64,000 bases of DNA from Syntrophales bacterium (GTDB lineage Bacteria; Desulfobacterota; Syntrophia; Syntrophales; PHBD01), in assembly GCA_963668175.1 (NCBI GenBank), contig OY764159.1:1504001-1568000 (forward strand), given 5' to 3'. A program made the position numbers and the translations under genes. Positions 50,543-60,701 of the stretch are shown one piece after another. The notes beneath the pieces are model-generated. The model was not told the DNA's origin. It searched no databases and saw nothing but the letters and a program-made list of their open reading frames with translations. Each line of letters opens with the position of its first letter. Position 1 is the stretch's first letter.

Positions 50543-52228
50543 TTGCTGCGACCCCTTCCCGAATATGAGCAGACTTTAACGGAGCAGAGCACCGCCACCA
50601 AATTCCGGTGGCTGATGGTCTCCCGGATAGCCATGGCCAGTTTTATCCTGGGCATCGCGCTCTTTTTGGAGATAAAGGGGACCAGCCTCTCCCCCGATGT
50701 TCATCTGCCCCATCTGTATGTTGTGATCGGCTTAACCTACCTCCTATCCCTGGCCTTTCATTTCCTCCAGAATTTCGACAAAAGCGTCAGCCTGAACATC
50801 TATATCCAGGCCGTATGCGACATGGCCCTGGTGGCGGGCCTGGTCTATGCTACGGGCGGCATCCGCAGCATTTACGCCGTCTTCTATTCCCTGGTGATCA
50901 TCTATTCCGTGCTGTTTCTGGGCAGAAGGGGCGGGCTTCTCATCGCCTCCGGGAGCAGCATCGTCCTGGGGTTCCTCTTCAACCTGGAATACTACGACGT
51001 TATCAGGCCCATGTACGGTACGGAATTTCTCGACTATCCCTTCACATCCGGATACATCTTCACCCGGCTTTGCATCTACATCCTCCTGTTTTATGTGATC
51101 GCCCTGGTGGCGAGCTTCGTCGTGGAGCGGGAAAAAGCCGCCCGGACGCTGCTCGCGGAAAAGGAGACCGCCTTCGACCAGCTCGATCAGCTTCACCGGA
51201 GCATCATCGAATCGGTCGATACGGGCATCATGACCGTCAACATGAGGGGGCGCATCAAATCGTTCAACGCGGCGGCAACCAAGATCACGGGTTTCCTGGC
51301 GAATGAGGTCGAGAACAGGCATATCTCCGAGATCTTTCCCGAATATCCGGAAAAGATGCAGCGGTGGCTGGACGAGGGGTCGAGGCGGCGGGGCTTCGAA
51401 ATGATTATCCCGGCCCAGGCGCAGATGAAGAAAATCCTCGGCTGCTCGGTGTCGCCCCTCCTGGATGCAAGGCAGCAGAGGATGGGAGACATCGTCATCT
51501 TCCAGGACGTCACGGCGATCAAGGACATGGAAGAGGCCGTCGAGCGCAGCCGGAGAATGGCCTTCATCGGCGAGATGGCGGCCGGCCTCGCCCACGAAAT
51601 GAGGAACCCCCTGGCGTCGATCAGCGGCTCCATCCAGCTTCTGAGGAAGGGACTGCCCCTGAACGATACGGACCGGAGGCTCATGGACATCATCATCCGG
51701 GGAAAGGACCAGCTCGACAACTTCATGCGGGACTTCCTGGTGCTGGCGAAGCCCGTTGCGGGCCCCCGGGAACGCTTCGACGTCCGCGAGGTCTTCGACG
51801 AGGTCGTGGAATCGCTCAAGATGACGCCGGACTGGCATGCCCGGATCGACATCCGGACGAGGTATGCCGCCGATAATGCCGTTTTCGTCAACCGGAAGGA
51901 GATGCGTCAGATCGTCTGGAACCTCCTGATGAACGCCGTTCAGGCCATGCCGGAAGGCGGGACGCTCGAGATCGAGACGAAGCCCGCCCGGATGGGCCGG
52001 GACGATTATCTCCTGATCCGCATCGTCGACACCGGTTGCGGTATCGGGCAAAACGAGCTTGAAAAAATATTCGAACCATTTTACACCAACAAGGATAAGG
52101 GTACGGGGCTGGGTCTTGCCGTCGTGAGCAGGATCGTCGAGCGATACCGGGGACGGATCGACGTCGACAGCATCAGCGGCCGGGGCTCGACCTTCACCCT
52201 GTGGCTGCCCCAATCGGAAGAGGAGTAA
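50543..52228 (+). CDS. pilS: PilS-type PAS sensor histidine kinase
   Basis: N-terminal TM region with LVYATGG..S, PAS, AGLAHEMRNPLASISG, NLLMNA.QAM, DTGCGI, GTGLGL; precedes PilR-like gene. Confidence 0.8.
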   Translation: MLRPLPEYEQTLTEQSTATKFRWLMVSRIAMASFILGIALFLEIKGTSLSPDVHLPHLYVVIGLTYLLSLAFHFLQNFDKSVSLNIYIQAVCDMALVAGLVYATGGIRSIYAVFYSLVIIYSVLFLGRRGGLLIASGSSIVLGFLFNLEYYDVIRPMYGTEFLDYPFTSGYIFTRLCIYILLFYVIALVASFVVEREKAARTLLAEKETAFDQLDQLHRSIIESVDTGIMTVNMRGRIKSFNAAATKITGFLANEVENRHISEIFPEYPEKMQRWLDEGSRRRGFEMIIPAQAQMKKILGCSVSPLLDARQQRMGDIVIFQDVTAIKDMEEAVERSRRMAFIGEMAAGLAHEMRNPLASISGSIQLLRKGLPLNDTDRRLMDIIIRGKDQLDNFMRDFLVLAKPVAGPRERFDVREVFDEVVESLKMTPDWHARIDIRTRYAADNAVFVNRKEMRQIVWNLLMNAVQAMPEGGTLEIETKPARMGRDDYLLIRIVDTGCGIGQNELEKIFEPFYTNKDKGTGLGLAVVSRIVERYRGRIDVDSISGRGSTFTLWLPQSEEE

Positions 52229-52234
52229 CGGGTT

Positions 52235-53599
52235 ATGGCTAAAATACTCGTCGTTGACGATGATCAGGGCATGCGGGATTTCCTGGAGATCATGCTGAGC
52301 AGGGAGGGGCATCGCGTGACCTGCTGCGCCGAGGCGGAAAAGGCCCTCGCCAAGTGCAAAAAAGAGAACTTTGACCTGATCATCACCGATCTCAAGATGC
52401 CGAAGGTCGACGGGATCGAATTCCTGAAGCGGGTGAAGGTCGTCTCCCCCGAGGCGATGGTCATCCTGATAACGGCCTATGCCTCGGGCGAGACCGCCGT
52501 TTCCGCCATGAAGGAGGGGGCCTACGATTATATCGAGAAGAACTTCGACATCGATGATTTGAATGCGATCGTCCGCAAGGCCCTGGCGAAGAAGGGGATC
52601 AAGGAAGGCGACGCCCAGTTTCTCAAGGGGGTGGAAGACGCCCATGCCTTCGGCGCCATGATCGGCAAGAGCCGGGAGATGCTGGACGTTTATACGACGA
52701 TCAAGAAAGTGGCCCAGACCTCAACCAACATCCTCATCCTGGGCGAAAGCGGGACGGGCAAGGAACTGGTGGCCAAGGCCATCCACGAGCACAGCCCCCG
52801 GCAGAACATGCCCTTTGTCGTCATCAACTGCGGCGGCATTCCCGAAAACCTCCTGGAGTCGGAACTCTTCGGCCATACGAAGGGGTCGTTCACCGGGGCG
52901 CATGTGGATAAGGCGGGGCTCTTCGAGATCGCCCGCAACGGCACGATCTTTCTCGACGAAATCGGGGACCTGACGCCCCTCCTTCAGGTCAAGATCCTCC
53001 GGGTCGTTCAGGAGAAGACCTTCCGGCGGGTGGGCGGCGGCGACGACATGAAGGTCGACGTCCGGATCATCTCCGCCACGAACAAGGACCTGGAGCAGAA
53101 GGTCCGCGAGGGGACCTTCCGGGAAGACCTCTTCTTCCGGCTCAACGTGATTCCCATCAAGATACCGCCGCTCCGGAAGAGGAAAGAGGACATCGCCCTT
53201 CTGACCCGGTACTTCATCGAAAAGTATTCGCGGGAGTTCGGCAAGGAGATTCAGACGATCTCGTCTTACGCCATGGAACTCCTTATGGATTACCGTTTCC
53301 CGGGAAACGTGCGGGAGCTTGAGAACATCATCGAGCGGAGCGTCGCCCTGGAGACGTCGAGCATCATCCTGCCGGAGAACCTTGTTCTCTCCGGCAGCGG
53401 TCTCGGCCCGTCCGACCCTGTCGACGGGGAACTGCCGGACGAGGGCATCAATATCAACGACGAACTGGCCAGGATCGAAAAGCAGTTGATCGAAAAGGCC
53501 CTTGCCAAGACAAGGGGCTCGAAGACGAAGGCGGCCGAGTTCCTCTCCATCAGCCTCGACTCGCTTCGCTACCGCATTGAGAAGCTCGGCATCGAATGA
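52235..53599 (+). CDS. pilR: Sigma-54-dependent response regulator, PilR/NtrC type
   Basis: Receiver (VVDDD, TDLKMP), GESGTGKELVA, ESELFGH.KGSFTGA, FREDLFFRLN, PGNVREL.N, Fis HTH SLRYR. Confidence 0.85.
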   Translation: MAKILVVDDDQGMRDFLEIMLSREGHRVTCCAEAEKALAKCKKENFDLIITDLKMPKVDGIEFLKRVKVVSPEAMVILITAYASGETAVSAMKEGAYDYIEKNFDIDDLNAIVRKALAKKGIKEGDAQFLKGVEDAHAFGAMIGKSREMLDVYTTIKKVAQTSTNILILGESGTGKELVAKAIHEHSPRQNMPFVVINCGGIPENLLESELFGHTKGSFTGAHVDKAGLFEIARNGTIFLDEIGDLTPLLQVKILRVVQEKTFRRVGGGDDMKVDVRIISATNKDLEQKVREGTFREDLFFRLNVIPIKIPPLRKRKEDIALLTRYFIEKYSREFGKEIQTISSYAMELLMDYRFPGNVRELENIIERSVALETSSIILPENLVLSGSGLGPSDPVDGELPDEGININDELARIEKQLIEKALAKTRGSKTKAAEFLSISLDSLRYRIEKLGIE

Positions 53600-54552
53600 A
53601 CCATGTCCATGTCGGCGGCGATATCCCGGCAGTCGGTCGTCAGGTAGTTGCCCACCATCATGCCGTTGGCGCCGGCAAAGAATATCCAGGACTGGAAATC
53701 CTTCAGGCCCATGCGGCCGCCGCAGATGATAATGTCGCGGTCGGCGTTGACGAAGCGGAAAAGGGCGATGCATTTAAGGGCTTCCATCGGCGCCAGCATC
53801 GGCCGGTTCTCCATTTTCGTGCCTTCGATGGGGATGAGGAAATTCATGGGGATGCCCTCGACGCCGAGGTCCCGGACGGTGAAGGCCAGCTCCAGGCGCT
53901 GCTCCCACGACTCGCCCAATCCCATGATGCCGCCTGAACAGACCCTCATGCCCGCCGCGTGGGCCATCTTGATCGTTTCGATGTCCTCGTCGTAGGCGTG
54001 GGTCGTGCAGATCTGGTCGAAGAAACTCCGGGCCGTCTCCAGGTTGTGATGGAAGATCGAGATACCGTTTTCCGCAAGCCTTTTGGCCATGACGGGGGTG
54101 AGATTGCCCAGGGACCCGCAGACGGTCATCCCCGTCTGCGACTTGATCTGTCCTGCGGCGTGGCAGACCGTATCCATTTCCTGCTCGTTGAGCATGTAGC
54201 CGCTTGTCACCATGGAGTAACGCTTCGCCCCGCCGGCGGCGAGCATCCGGCCCCGCGCCAGGATTTCCTCCTCGCTCTTCATGGGATAGATGTCGATGGC
54301 GGTCTTGTGATGGCCCGACTGGGCGCAGAAGGCGCAGTTTTCCGAGCAGCGCCCTGATTTGGCGTTGATGAGCGAACAGATGACCTGACGGTCCTTGACA
54401 AAATGTTTTTTTATTGTATAGGCGCCGAAGAAAAGGTCGATGAGGGAATCGTCGGGAAGTGCGGCCAGTTCCACCGCCTCCCCGGGCGTGAGGGCGTCGG
54501 GTCCGTTCTCGATGATCTTGTCCACGCAGGCGCTTATGTGACGGGTTGCCAT
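53569..54552 (-). CDS. bioB: Biotin synthase
   Basis: INAKSGRCSENCAFCAQS, HHNLET, VCSGGIMGLGE, GNYLTT; GGAGG RBS before ATG 54552; 31-bp convergent overlap with pilR. Confidence 0.95.
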   Translation of the reverse strand: MATRHISACVDKIIENGPDALTPGEAVELAALPDDSLIDLFFGAYTIKKHFVKDRQVICSLINAKSGRCSENCAFCAQSGHHKTAIDIYPMKSEEEILARGRMLAAGGAKRYSMVTSGYMLNEQEMDTVCHAAGQIKSQTGMTVCGSLGNLTPVMAKRLAENGISIFHHNLETARSFFDQICTTHAYDEDIETIKMAHAAGMRVCSGGIMGLGESWEQRLELAFTVRDLGVEGIPMNFLIPIEGTKMENRPMLAPMEALKCIALFRFVNADRDIIICGGRMGLKDFQSWIFFAGANGMMVGNYLTTDCRDIAADMDMVHSMPSFSMR

Positions 54553-54604
54553 ATCTTTTGAACCTCCCAAGTGAGTGACCTGCCCCTTATCAACCGGTCG
54601 CCTT

Positions 54605-54639
54605 ATTGTCAACCAAAAATATTGATGGCGGTTGACAAT
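54605..54639. promoter_or_regulatory. BirA operator ATTGTCAACC-N15-GGTTGACAAT
   Basis: Perfect 10-bp arms between divergent bioB and birA, matching the known BirA site architecture. Confidence 0.9.
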
Positions 54640-54685
54640 GCCTTTGGGGAGTGCTAAGAGGCGGAGAATATTAGGGGAGGGAAGT

Positions 54686-55681
54686 ATGACAAACCGCAGT
54701 CAATTGCTGGCGCAACTGAAAGGCGGAGGCTGGGTCTCCGGCCAGGTCCTGACCTATCAACTTGCCATCAGCCGGACGGCCGTCTGGAAGCACATCTGCA
54801 AGCTCCGGGAGGAGGGTTACACGATCGAGGCCTCCCGGAAGAAGGGCTATCGGCTGCTCAAGGTTTCGGACTTTTTGAACGAGTCGGAAATCCGGGAGGG
54901 ACTCAAGACCTCCATCCTGGGGCAGGGGGAAATCGTCTGCCTGAAAGAGACCGAGTCCACCAACGCCTATGCCAAGGCGATGGCTGTCGACGGGATACCG
55001 GAAGGGACGGTGATCGTCGCCGAGCTGCAAACCCGGGGGCGCGGGCGGAGGGGCCGGGACTGGTTTTCGCCTTTCCGGGAGGGCCTCTACCTGACGATGA
55101 TCCTCAGGCCGCAGATCAGGCCGACGGAAGCGCCCCGCCTCACCCTGATGACGTCCGTGGCCGTTGCCGAGGCCATTGAAGACATGACGGACCTCAACTG
55201 CCGGATCAAGTGGCCGAACGACGTCCTCATCGGCGGAAAAAAGGTTGCGGGTATCCTGACGGAGATCCATTCGGAGATGGATGCGGTGAATTTCGTGGTC
55301 CTGGGCATCGGCATCAACGTGAATACACCTCTGGATTCGTTTCCGGACGAGCTTAAGGCGAAGGCCTCGTCGCTTCTCATCGAGACGGGCCGGATTGTTT
55401 CCCGCGTGGAACTTCTCCGGGCCTGCCTGGAGAGGATCGAGGCCCGTTACGAAGAGTTTAACAAGGGCCGTTTCGACGACGTCATGGACTGCTGGCGGGA
55501 ACGGTCGGACATTATAGGCAGAGAAATTGAAGTGGACATGATCAACCGTCGTTTCCGGGGTGTGGCGGTCGAATTCGACGCCGACGGCGTTCTGATCCTG
55601 AAGGACGGTGAGGGAAATACGCAGCGGATCTTTTCCGGCGACGTGACGGTGCCGGTGCCGGAAGAGAAAGGCGTCCGATAA
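54686..55681 (+). CDS. birA: Bifunctional biotin--protein ligase/biotin operon repressor
   Basis: HTH SG..L...L.ISRTAVWKHI, STN, QTRGRGRRGR.W.SP, KWPND, KVAGIL.E, GIGINV. Confidence 0.96.
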   Translation: MTNRSQLLAQLKGGGWVSGQVLTYQLAISRTAVWKHICKLREEGYTIEASRKKGYRLLKVSDFLNESEIREGLKTSILGQGEIVCLKETESTNAYAKAMAVDGIPEGTVIVAELQTRGRGRRGRDWFSPFREGLYLTMILRPQIRPTEAPRLTLMTSVAVAEAIEDMTDLNCRIKWPNDVLIGGKKVAGILTEIHSEMDAVNFVVLGIGINVNTPLDSFPDELKAKASSLLIETGRIVSRVELLRACLERIEARYEEFNKGRFDDVMDCWRERSDIIGREIEVDMINRRFRGVAVEFDADGVLILKDGEGNTQRIFSGDVTVPVPEEKGVR

Positions 55682-55683
55682 AC

Positions 55684-56988
55684 ATGGATTGGATTTTTGC
55701 TATCCCCGCCTTCGTCAAGGTGGGGTCTTCTTTTGCGGGCATCCTGCTCTGCAACAGGCTGGGGCTGCCGTTGGGTGTCGCCATCCTGCTCTTTTCGGTC
55801 ATCCTCTCCCTCTGGTCGCGAACGGGCCTTTCGGGCCTTTTGCATCAGATTTTCGCCTTCGCCCGGCCGGAGAACTGGATGCTTCCCGTCGTCATCTTCC
55901 TCCTGCTTCTTTTGACCGAGGGCCTCAACCGTTCGGGAAGAATGAAGCGGACGATGGACGCCCTCAAGTTCTGGCTCAAGAGCAAGCGGATGCTCCTGGC
56001 GGGCTTCCCGGCCCTGGTGGGCCTCCTGCCCATGCCCGGCGGGGCCATCGTCTCCGCACCGCTCGTGGCCGAGGTGGACAGCGACAACGAACTCGAACTG
56101 GCGCACAAAGTGGCCATCAACTACTGGTACCGCCACCTCTGGGAGTACTGGTGGCCCCTCTATCCCGGCGTCATCCTCGCCATGAGCTATTCGGGCCTGC
56201 CCGTCGCCCTCTTCTTCGCCGTCCAGATCCCCTTCAGCGCGGCGATGATGCTGGGCGGCTACCTTTTTATCCTGAAAAAGATACCGGCGGCGGAAAACGG
56301 CAGGATCCGCCTGGCCGACCTGAATCTTGGCGATGTCGGGGCGGCACTGGGGCCCATCATGGTCCTTGTCGTCGCGTCCCTTGTCGGATCGGCCGTCCTT
56401 CCCCGGTTCGGCATGGACGAGAACCTGTCGAGCCTGGCGGCGATGTTCGCGGGGCTTCTCTTCGCCATGGCGATGGTCTTTTTCCGAAGCCCGTCCTCGT
56501 TTGCGGAGTCGCTTCGGCTCTTCCGGGACAAGGCCACCGGCCTCATGATGGTCCTGGTCGTCGCGATCCAGATGTTCTCCGGCGTTCTCACCTATCCCCT
56601 GGACCCCGCCGGCCACACGATCGTGACGGCGATGCGCGACGAATTCCTCCGGGCGGGGATTCCCATCTTAAGCCTCGTCATGCTCGTCCCCTTCATCTCC
56701 GGGGCGGTGACCGGGGTGGCTTTCGGCTTCGTCGGGGCGAGCTTTCCCATCGTCTTCGCCCTCGTCGGCTCCGATTTGTCGACAGCCGCGGCTGCGGCCA
56801 CGACGGCCCTGGCCTACGGTTTCGGCTATATGGGGATGATGATGTCGCCCATGCACGTCTGCCTCGTCGTAAGCGGCGAATACTTCCGCTGCTCCCTCTA
56901 CGGCGCCTATCGATATATCGTAGGCCCGGCGGGCGTAATTCTCCTGGCCGCCCTTTTCCTGTCTGGATTCTATTACCTCGTCCTCTGA
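55684..56988 (+). CDS. DUF401 family membrane protein
   Basis: PALVGLLPMPGGA..SAP, INYWYRH.WE..WPLYPG, G.M.SP.H.CL; many TM segments. Confidence 0.85.
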   Translation: MDWIFAIPAFVKVGSSFAGILLCNRLGLPLGVAILLFSVILSLWSRTGLSGLLHQIFAFARPENWMLPVVIFLLLLLTEGLNRSGRMKRTMDALKFWLKSKRMLLAGFPALVGLLPMPGGAIVSAPLVAEVDSDNELELAHKVAINYWYRHLWEYWWPLYPGVILAMSYSGLPVALFFAVQIPFSAAMMLGGYLFILKKIPAAENGRIRLADLNLGDVGAALGPIMVLVVASLVGSAVLPRFGMDENLSSLAAMFAGLLFAMAMVFFRSPSSFAESLRLFRDKATGLMMVLVVAIQMFSGVLTYPLDPAGHTIVTAMRDEFLRAGIPILSLVMLVPFISGAVTGVAFGFVGASFPIVFALVGSDLSTAAAAATTALAYGFGYMGMMMSPMHVCLVVSGEYFRCSLYGAYRYIVGPAGVILLAALFLSGFYYLVL

Positions 56989-58520
56989 TTTTGATGGATG
57001 AGGAAGAAGGGGGCGTGACTGGACGTAAAGAAAGGCGGCTCGCGCCTCAGGATCGGTGCGATTGCGGGGTGCTTCCTGAAATCCTTTTCCAGAAACCGCC
57101 GGACCTGCATCCGGTCCCACCCGGCAGGGTGACGGAAATCGCGGTAGAGGGAGAGATCCCCTTCGTAGAAGCTCTCCGTGGGTAGCGCCTCCGCATCGGG
57201 TCCGTAGGCCGGCAGGTTGAAGACGGCCAGGTTGAGGAAGTCGATGAAGCCGCTGTGCCTCGCCGTGAAAGCAAGCGTCTTTTCCGCCGCGGCACGGTTT
57301 TCCGCCGGTGTGCCGAAGAGGAGGTAGACGTAGGTCCCTATCCCCGCCTCTTTCAGGGCGGTTAAGGCCGCCGCGGCCGTTTCAAGGTCGATTCCTTTTT
57401 CCAGATGGTCCAGGACCGACTGGTCCCCCGATTCCAATCCGAGCTTCATCATGACGCATCCCGAGGACTTAAGCGCCCGGCAGAAATCGGGATCGGCCAG
57501 GTGTTCCGTGACCCGCGCGAAGCCGTACCAGGGTATCCCCGGCGGGTCGTGAATGACGGCGTTCAGGAATGCGGGCGATATGGCGCTGTCCAGGAAATGG
57601 ATCAGGGAGGGCTGCAAATCTGCGGCGCACTTGCGCAGGACGGCAAGGGCTTCGCCGGCCGGGACGGGCCGGAAGCGGTTTCCTTCGGCCTTCTCCGGGC
57701 AGAACGTGCACCGGCGCCAGTAGCAGCCGGCGGCGGCGCCGAAAGGAAGGACCATCCCCGGCGACAGGTAGTCGCCGCTCCGCAGTTGGCTGAAATCGGG
57801 GACAGTCGCGGAAGGCTGTTCCGCAACTCCCAGACTTTGCAGAAGGGGGGCCTCGCCGGGCCCGGCGATTAACTCGTCGATGAGGCCGCCGAAGGGGCTT
57901 CGCCAGTCCGGCCTTCTCATCCAGGACGTGACCAGGCTTCCGCCGAGGATCACCTTGAGAGCGGGGTAGGTCTGCTTGACAAAGCCCGCCATGGCGAATG
58001 TAGCGAGGGCCTGGCTCAGGTAGTTAAGGGAGAAGCCGACGACAGCGGGAGGCCTCTCCTCGATGATTTCGCTCAAGCGTCCGTGGAAATGGGGATAGAA
58101 TGCATTGGACGCCGGCCTCTCCGCCGCGGTAAGGAGGTCGGCGCTTTTGAGGGGCGATAGCCCAGGGTCCTCGTAATTCGCCAGTCCCGCCGCAGCGCCG
58201 AAGGGCCGGGAAGCATGTTCCAGGACGCGGTTGATATCCGTGACGGCCCGGCGGTAGCGGTCGATGGCCCTGTATCCTTTGCCGCTTCGCAGAAGGGCCA
58301 GGTGCGCCTCCCGGTGCTTGAGCGCCCGCTTGGTCCAGGTGTCCGCATCATCCGCCGGGAGCGGCGAATCCAGGAGGTGAAGGATGCCTTCCCGGTTGAA
58401 ATCGGCAAGCCGGAAAGGAATGCCGTGACGCGCCAGGGCGCCGGCCAGCACGGCGATGCCCGCAGGCGGCTCGCACGGCCTGACGACCGGCGGATTGATG
58501 AGTAGGACCGGCGCGCTCAC
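56973..58520 (-). CDS. B12-binding-type radical SAM protein
   Basis: Real start GTG 58520 (LLINPP...EPPAGIA.L), GFS..Y.SQ, GCYWRRCTFCPE, LGLESG, YLLFGTP.E. Confidence 0.85.
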   Translation of the reverse strand: MSAPVLLINPPVVRPCEPPAGIAVLAGALARHGIPFRLADFNREGILHLLDSPLPADDADTWTKRALKHREAHLALLRSGKGYRAIDRYRRAVTDINRVLEHASRPFGAAAGLANYEDPGLSPLKSADLLTAAERPASNAFYPHFHGRLSEIIEERPPAVVGFSLNYLSQALATFAMAGFVKQTYPALKVILGGSLVTSWMRRPDWRSPFGGLIDELIAGPGEAPLLQSLGVAEQPSATVPDFSQLRSGDYLSPGMVLPFGAAAGCYWRRCTFCPEKAEGNRFRPVPAGEALAVLRKCAADLQPSLIHFLDSAISPAFLNAVIHDPPGIPWYGFARVTEHLADPDFCRALKSSGCVMMKLGLESGDQSVLDHLEKGIDLETAAAALTALKEAGIGTYVYLLFGTPAENRAAAEKTLAFTARHSGFIDFLNLAVFNLPAYGPDAEALPTESFYEGDLSLYRDFRHPAGWDRMQVRRFLEKDFRKHPAIAPILRREPPFFTSSHAPFFLIHQNQRTR

Positions 58521-60607
58521 CAGATGATCCTGGCGTCGACGGCGACGCAGCCGCCTTCCGAGGCGATGAGCGGATTGATGTCCAGCTCGGCGATGTCCGG
58601 GATTTCCGCCGCCAGGAACGAAAGCCGCTCCATGGCGCTGGCGACGGCCTCCAGATGCACGCCCGCTTCGCCCCGAATGCCGGCGAGAAGCGGATAGGTT
58701 TTCAGGGACGAGAGCATGACATAAGCCGTTTCCCGGTCGATGGGGACAAGCTCGCGGCTTACGTCCCGGAAAACTTCCGTATAGATGCCGCCCAGGCCGC
58801 AGGCGGCGATATGGCCGAACTGGGGGTCCCGTTTCAGGCCGAGGATAAGCTCCTTTCCCGAAGCCTGTTCCTGGATCTGGAAGGCGTCCACAATCATTAC
58901 GGGATCGCGCCGCCGGACGTTTTCGACAAGCGTGCCGCAGGCGCGCGAAAGTCCCTGGCGGGACGTGATTCCGGCGATCACGCCGTTCCATTCGCTCTTG
59001 TGGAGGAAGGTGGGGCCGGAAAGCTTCAGGACGACCGGAAATTGCAGCGATGCCGCCGCCCTGAGCAAGGCTCTGCGACTGCCGGCGACGGCGCCTTTGG
59101 CGACGGGTATGCCGAATAGGGCAAGGAGGGCCAGGGCCGCTTCGCCCGCCAGGAGTTTCTCCCTGCGGCCTTCGGCAAGGAGGGGGGCGAGGGCCTGCCG
59201 GTCGACGGCAAAAGTTCCGGACTTGGGCGTCTTTCTCTGCCTGATCGCATGATACCGGCGGCATACGGACAGGCCGTAGACCGCCTGCTCGATCGTATCG
59301 AAACAGGCGACGCCGTCTATCGCTTCCAGTTTATTGACGGCGGAGGCGACGTCGATGTAGGGCCAGACGGCAAGCGGTTTCCTGTTGCCGGATGCCTCTC
59401 TGGCGGCGGCGACCATGCCCGTCATGTCCAGATCCGTATGGAGGGGGGAGGCGGATGTCGGGAAGATTGCGAGGACGCCGTCCACTCCCTGCGATTTGAA
59501 GAGTTCCGTGAGGGTGAGGCGGGAGACGTCCCGGTAGTGGCCGCCGATCATGCCGATCGGCCAGATATCGATGGGATGGCCTACGTGGAGCCAGTCGGGA
59601 GTCCCTTCCTCGAGTTTCCGGGCGAGCCCATCGGGCAGGGCCGCGACTTCCAGCCCGAAGTCCTCGCAGGCGTCTACCGTCATGATACCGCCGGCGCCGG
59701 TGACGGTCATGATGCCCAGGCGCGGGCCCGCCATCTCCTTCATCCGGACGAGGGCATGGACGGCGTCTTTCATTTCGGCGGTGCTTCTCACGCGGATGAT
59801 GCCTGCGCGCCGGAAGGCGGCGTCGAAGACGGCGTCCTCCCCGACAAGGGAGCCGGAATGGGAGAGGGCGGCCTTGGCGCCTGCCCGGCTCCGGCCGGAT
59901 TTGAAGACGATGATGGGCTTCCGGCGGGTCACTTCCGCCGCTTTCTTAAGAAAGGCATCGCCCCGCTTCATGCCCTCCATGTAGAAGACAATGACCTCCG
60001 TTTCCGGATCGTCGCCGAGATAGGAGAGACAATCGGTGAAGTCGATATCGCAGCCGTTCCCGATGTCGATGGCCTTGCCCCAGTGGCGCCAGGCCATGTT
60101 CTTGTCCGCCACCTGGAGGATGCCGCTCTGGGCGACGAGGGAGACGGGGGCGAACTGTTCGGGGGAATCGGCGTCCACGAACGACGTCGTGAAGCGGCGG
60201 TAGTTGTTGACAATCCCGATGGTGTTGGGACCGACGATGCGGATGCCGTGCCGCCTGGCCGTCGCCGCAATCTCCTCCTGGAGCTTCGTTCCCTTCTCGT
60301 CGGCATCGGCAAAGCCCTGGGTGATGATAAGCACCCGGCCGATGCCGGCGCGGACGCAATCGTTGAGAACGGGCAGAACGTTGTCCCTGCCCACGGAGAT
60401 GACGGCCAGGTCCGCCCGCTCGGGCAGATCGGCCAAGTTGGCGTAGGCCTTGCGGCCGCAGATTTCCCTCGCGTTGGGATTGATGGGGTAAATGCGGCCC
60501 TGGAAGCCGTAGCGGAGCATCGTTTCGCAGCCGTTGAACGAACCGGCCCCGGTCTTCCTGGGGACGCCGATCAGGGCGACGGAAGACGGGTTCATGAATG
60601 TATCCAT
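58517..60607 (-). CDS. ADP-forming acetate/acyl-CoA ligase family protein (CoA-binding plus ATP-grasp)
   Basis: P.SVALIG, YPINP, GFA, GPNTIG, QSG, K.GRS..G..AA.SHSG (phospho-His), HKSE, LDINPL, AVDARI. Confidence 0.9.
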   Translation of the reverse strand: MDTFMNPSSVALIGVPRKTGAGSFNGCETMLRYGFQGRIYPINPNAREICGRKAYANLADLPERADLAVISVGRDNVLPVLNDCVRAGIGRVLIITQGFADADEKGTKLQEEIAATARRHGIRIVGPNTIGIVNNYRRFTTSFVDADSPEQFAPVSLVAQSGILQVADKNMAWRHWGKAIDIGNGCDIDFTDCLSYLGDDPETEVIVFYMEGMKRGDAFLKKAAEVTRRKPIIVFKSGRSRAGAKAALSHSGSLVGEDAVFDAAFRRAGIIRVRSTAEMKDAVHALVRMKEMAGPRLGIMTVTGAGGIMTVDACEDFGLEVAALPDGLARKLEEGTPDWLHVGHPIDIWPIGMIGGHYRDVSRLTLTELFKSQGVDGVLAIFPTSASPLHTDLDMTGMVAAAREASGNRKPLAVWPYIDVASAVNKLEAIDGVACFDTIEQAVYGLSVCRRYHAIRQRKTPKSGTFAVDRQALAPLLAEGRREKLLAGEAALALLALFGIPVAKGAVAGSRRALLRAAASLQFPVVLKLSGPTFLHKSEWNGVIAGITSRQGLSRACGTLVENVRRRDPVMIVDAFQIQEQASGKELILGLKRDPQFGHIAACGLGGIYTEVFRDVSRELVPIDRETAYVMLSSLKTYPLLAGIRGEAGVHLEAVASAMERLSFLAAEIPDIAELDINPLIASEGGCVAVDARIIW

Positions 60608-60672
60608 AGTATTTCCCCCCCATGATGAAGATGTGGAGCTTAAGCGATACGATCGGTTGCTTCACATATTAC

Positions 60673-60701
60673 TTGACAAAACATAACAATTATAGTAGTG
60701 T
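60673..60701 (+). promoter_or_regulatory. Sigma-70 promoter TTGACA-N17-TAGTGT for csp gene
   Basis: -35 at 60673-60678, -10 at 60696-60701; implies a leader of about 170 nt. Confidence 0.6.

Noticed and set aside
50543..53599. PilS/PilR as the activator of the PEP-CTERM promoters
   Set aside because: The architecture matches PilSR rather than PrsK/PrsR, and nothing in the sequence links them.
58521..59264. N-terminal extension of the 763-aa radical SAM ORF
   Set aside because: It overlaps the ligase gene in another frame; family-like sequence begins at GTG 58520.
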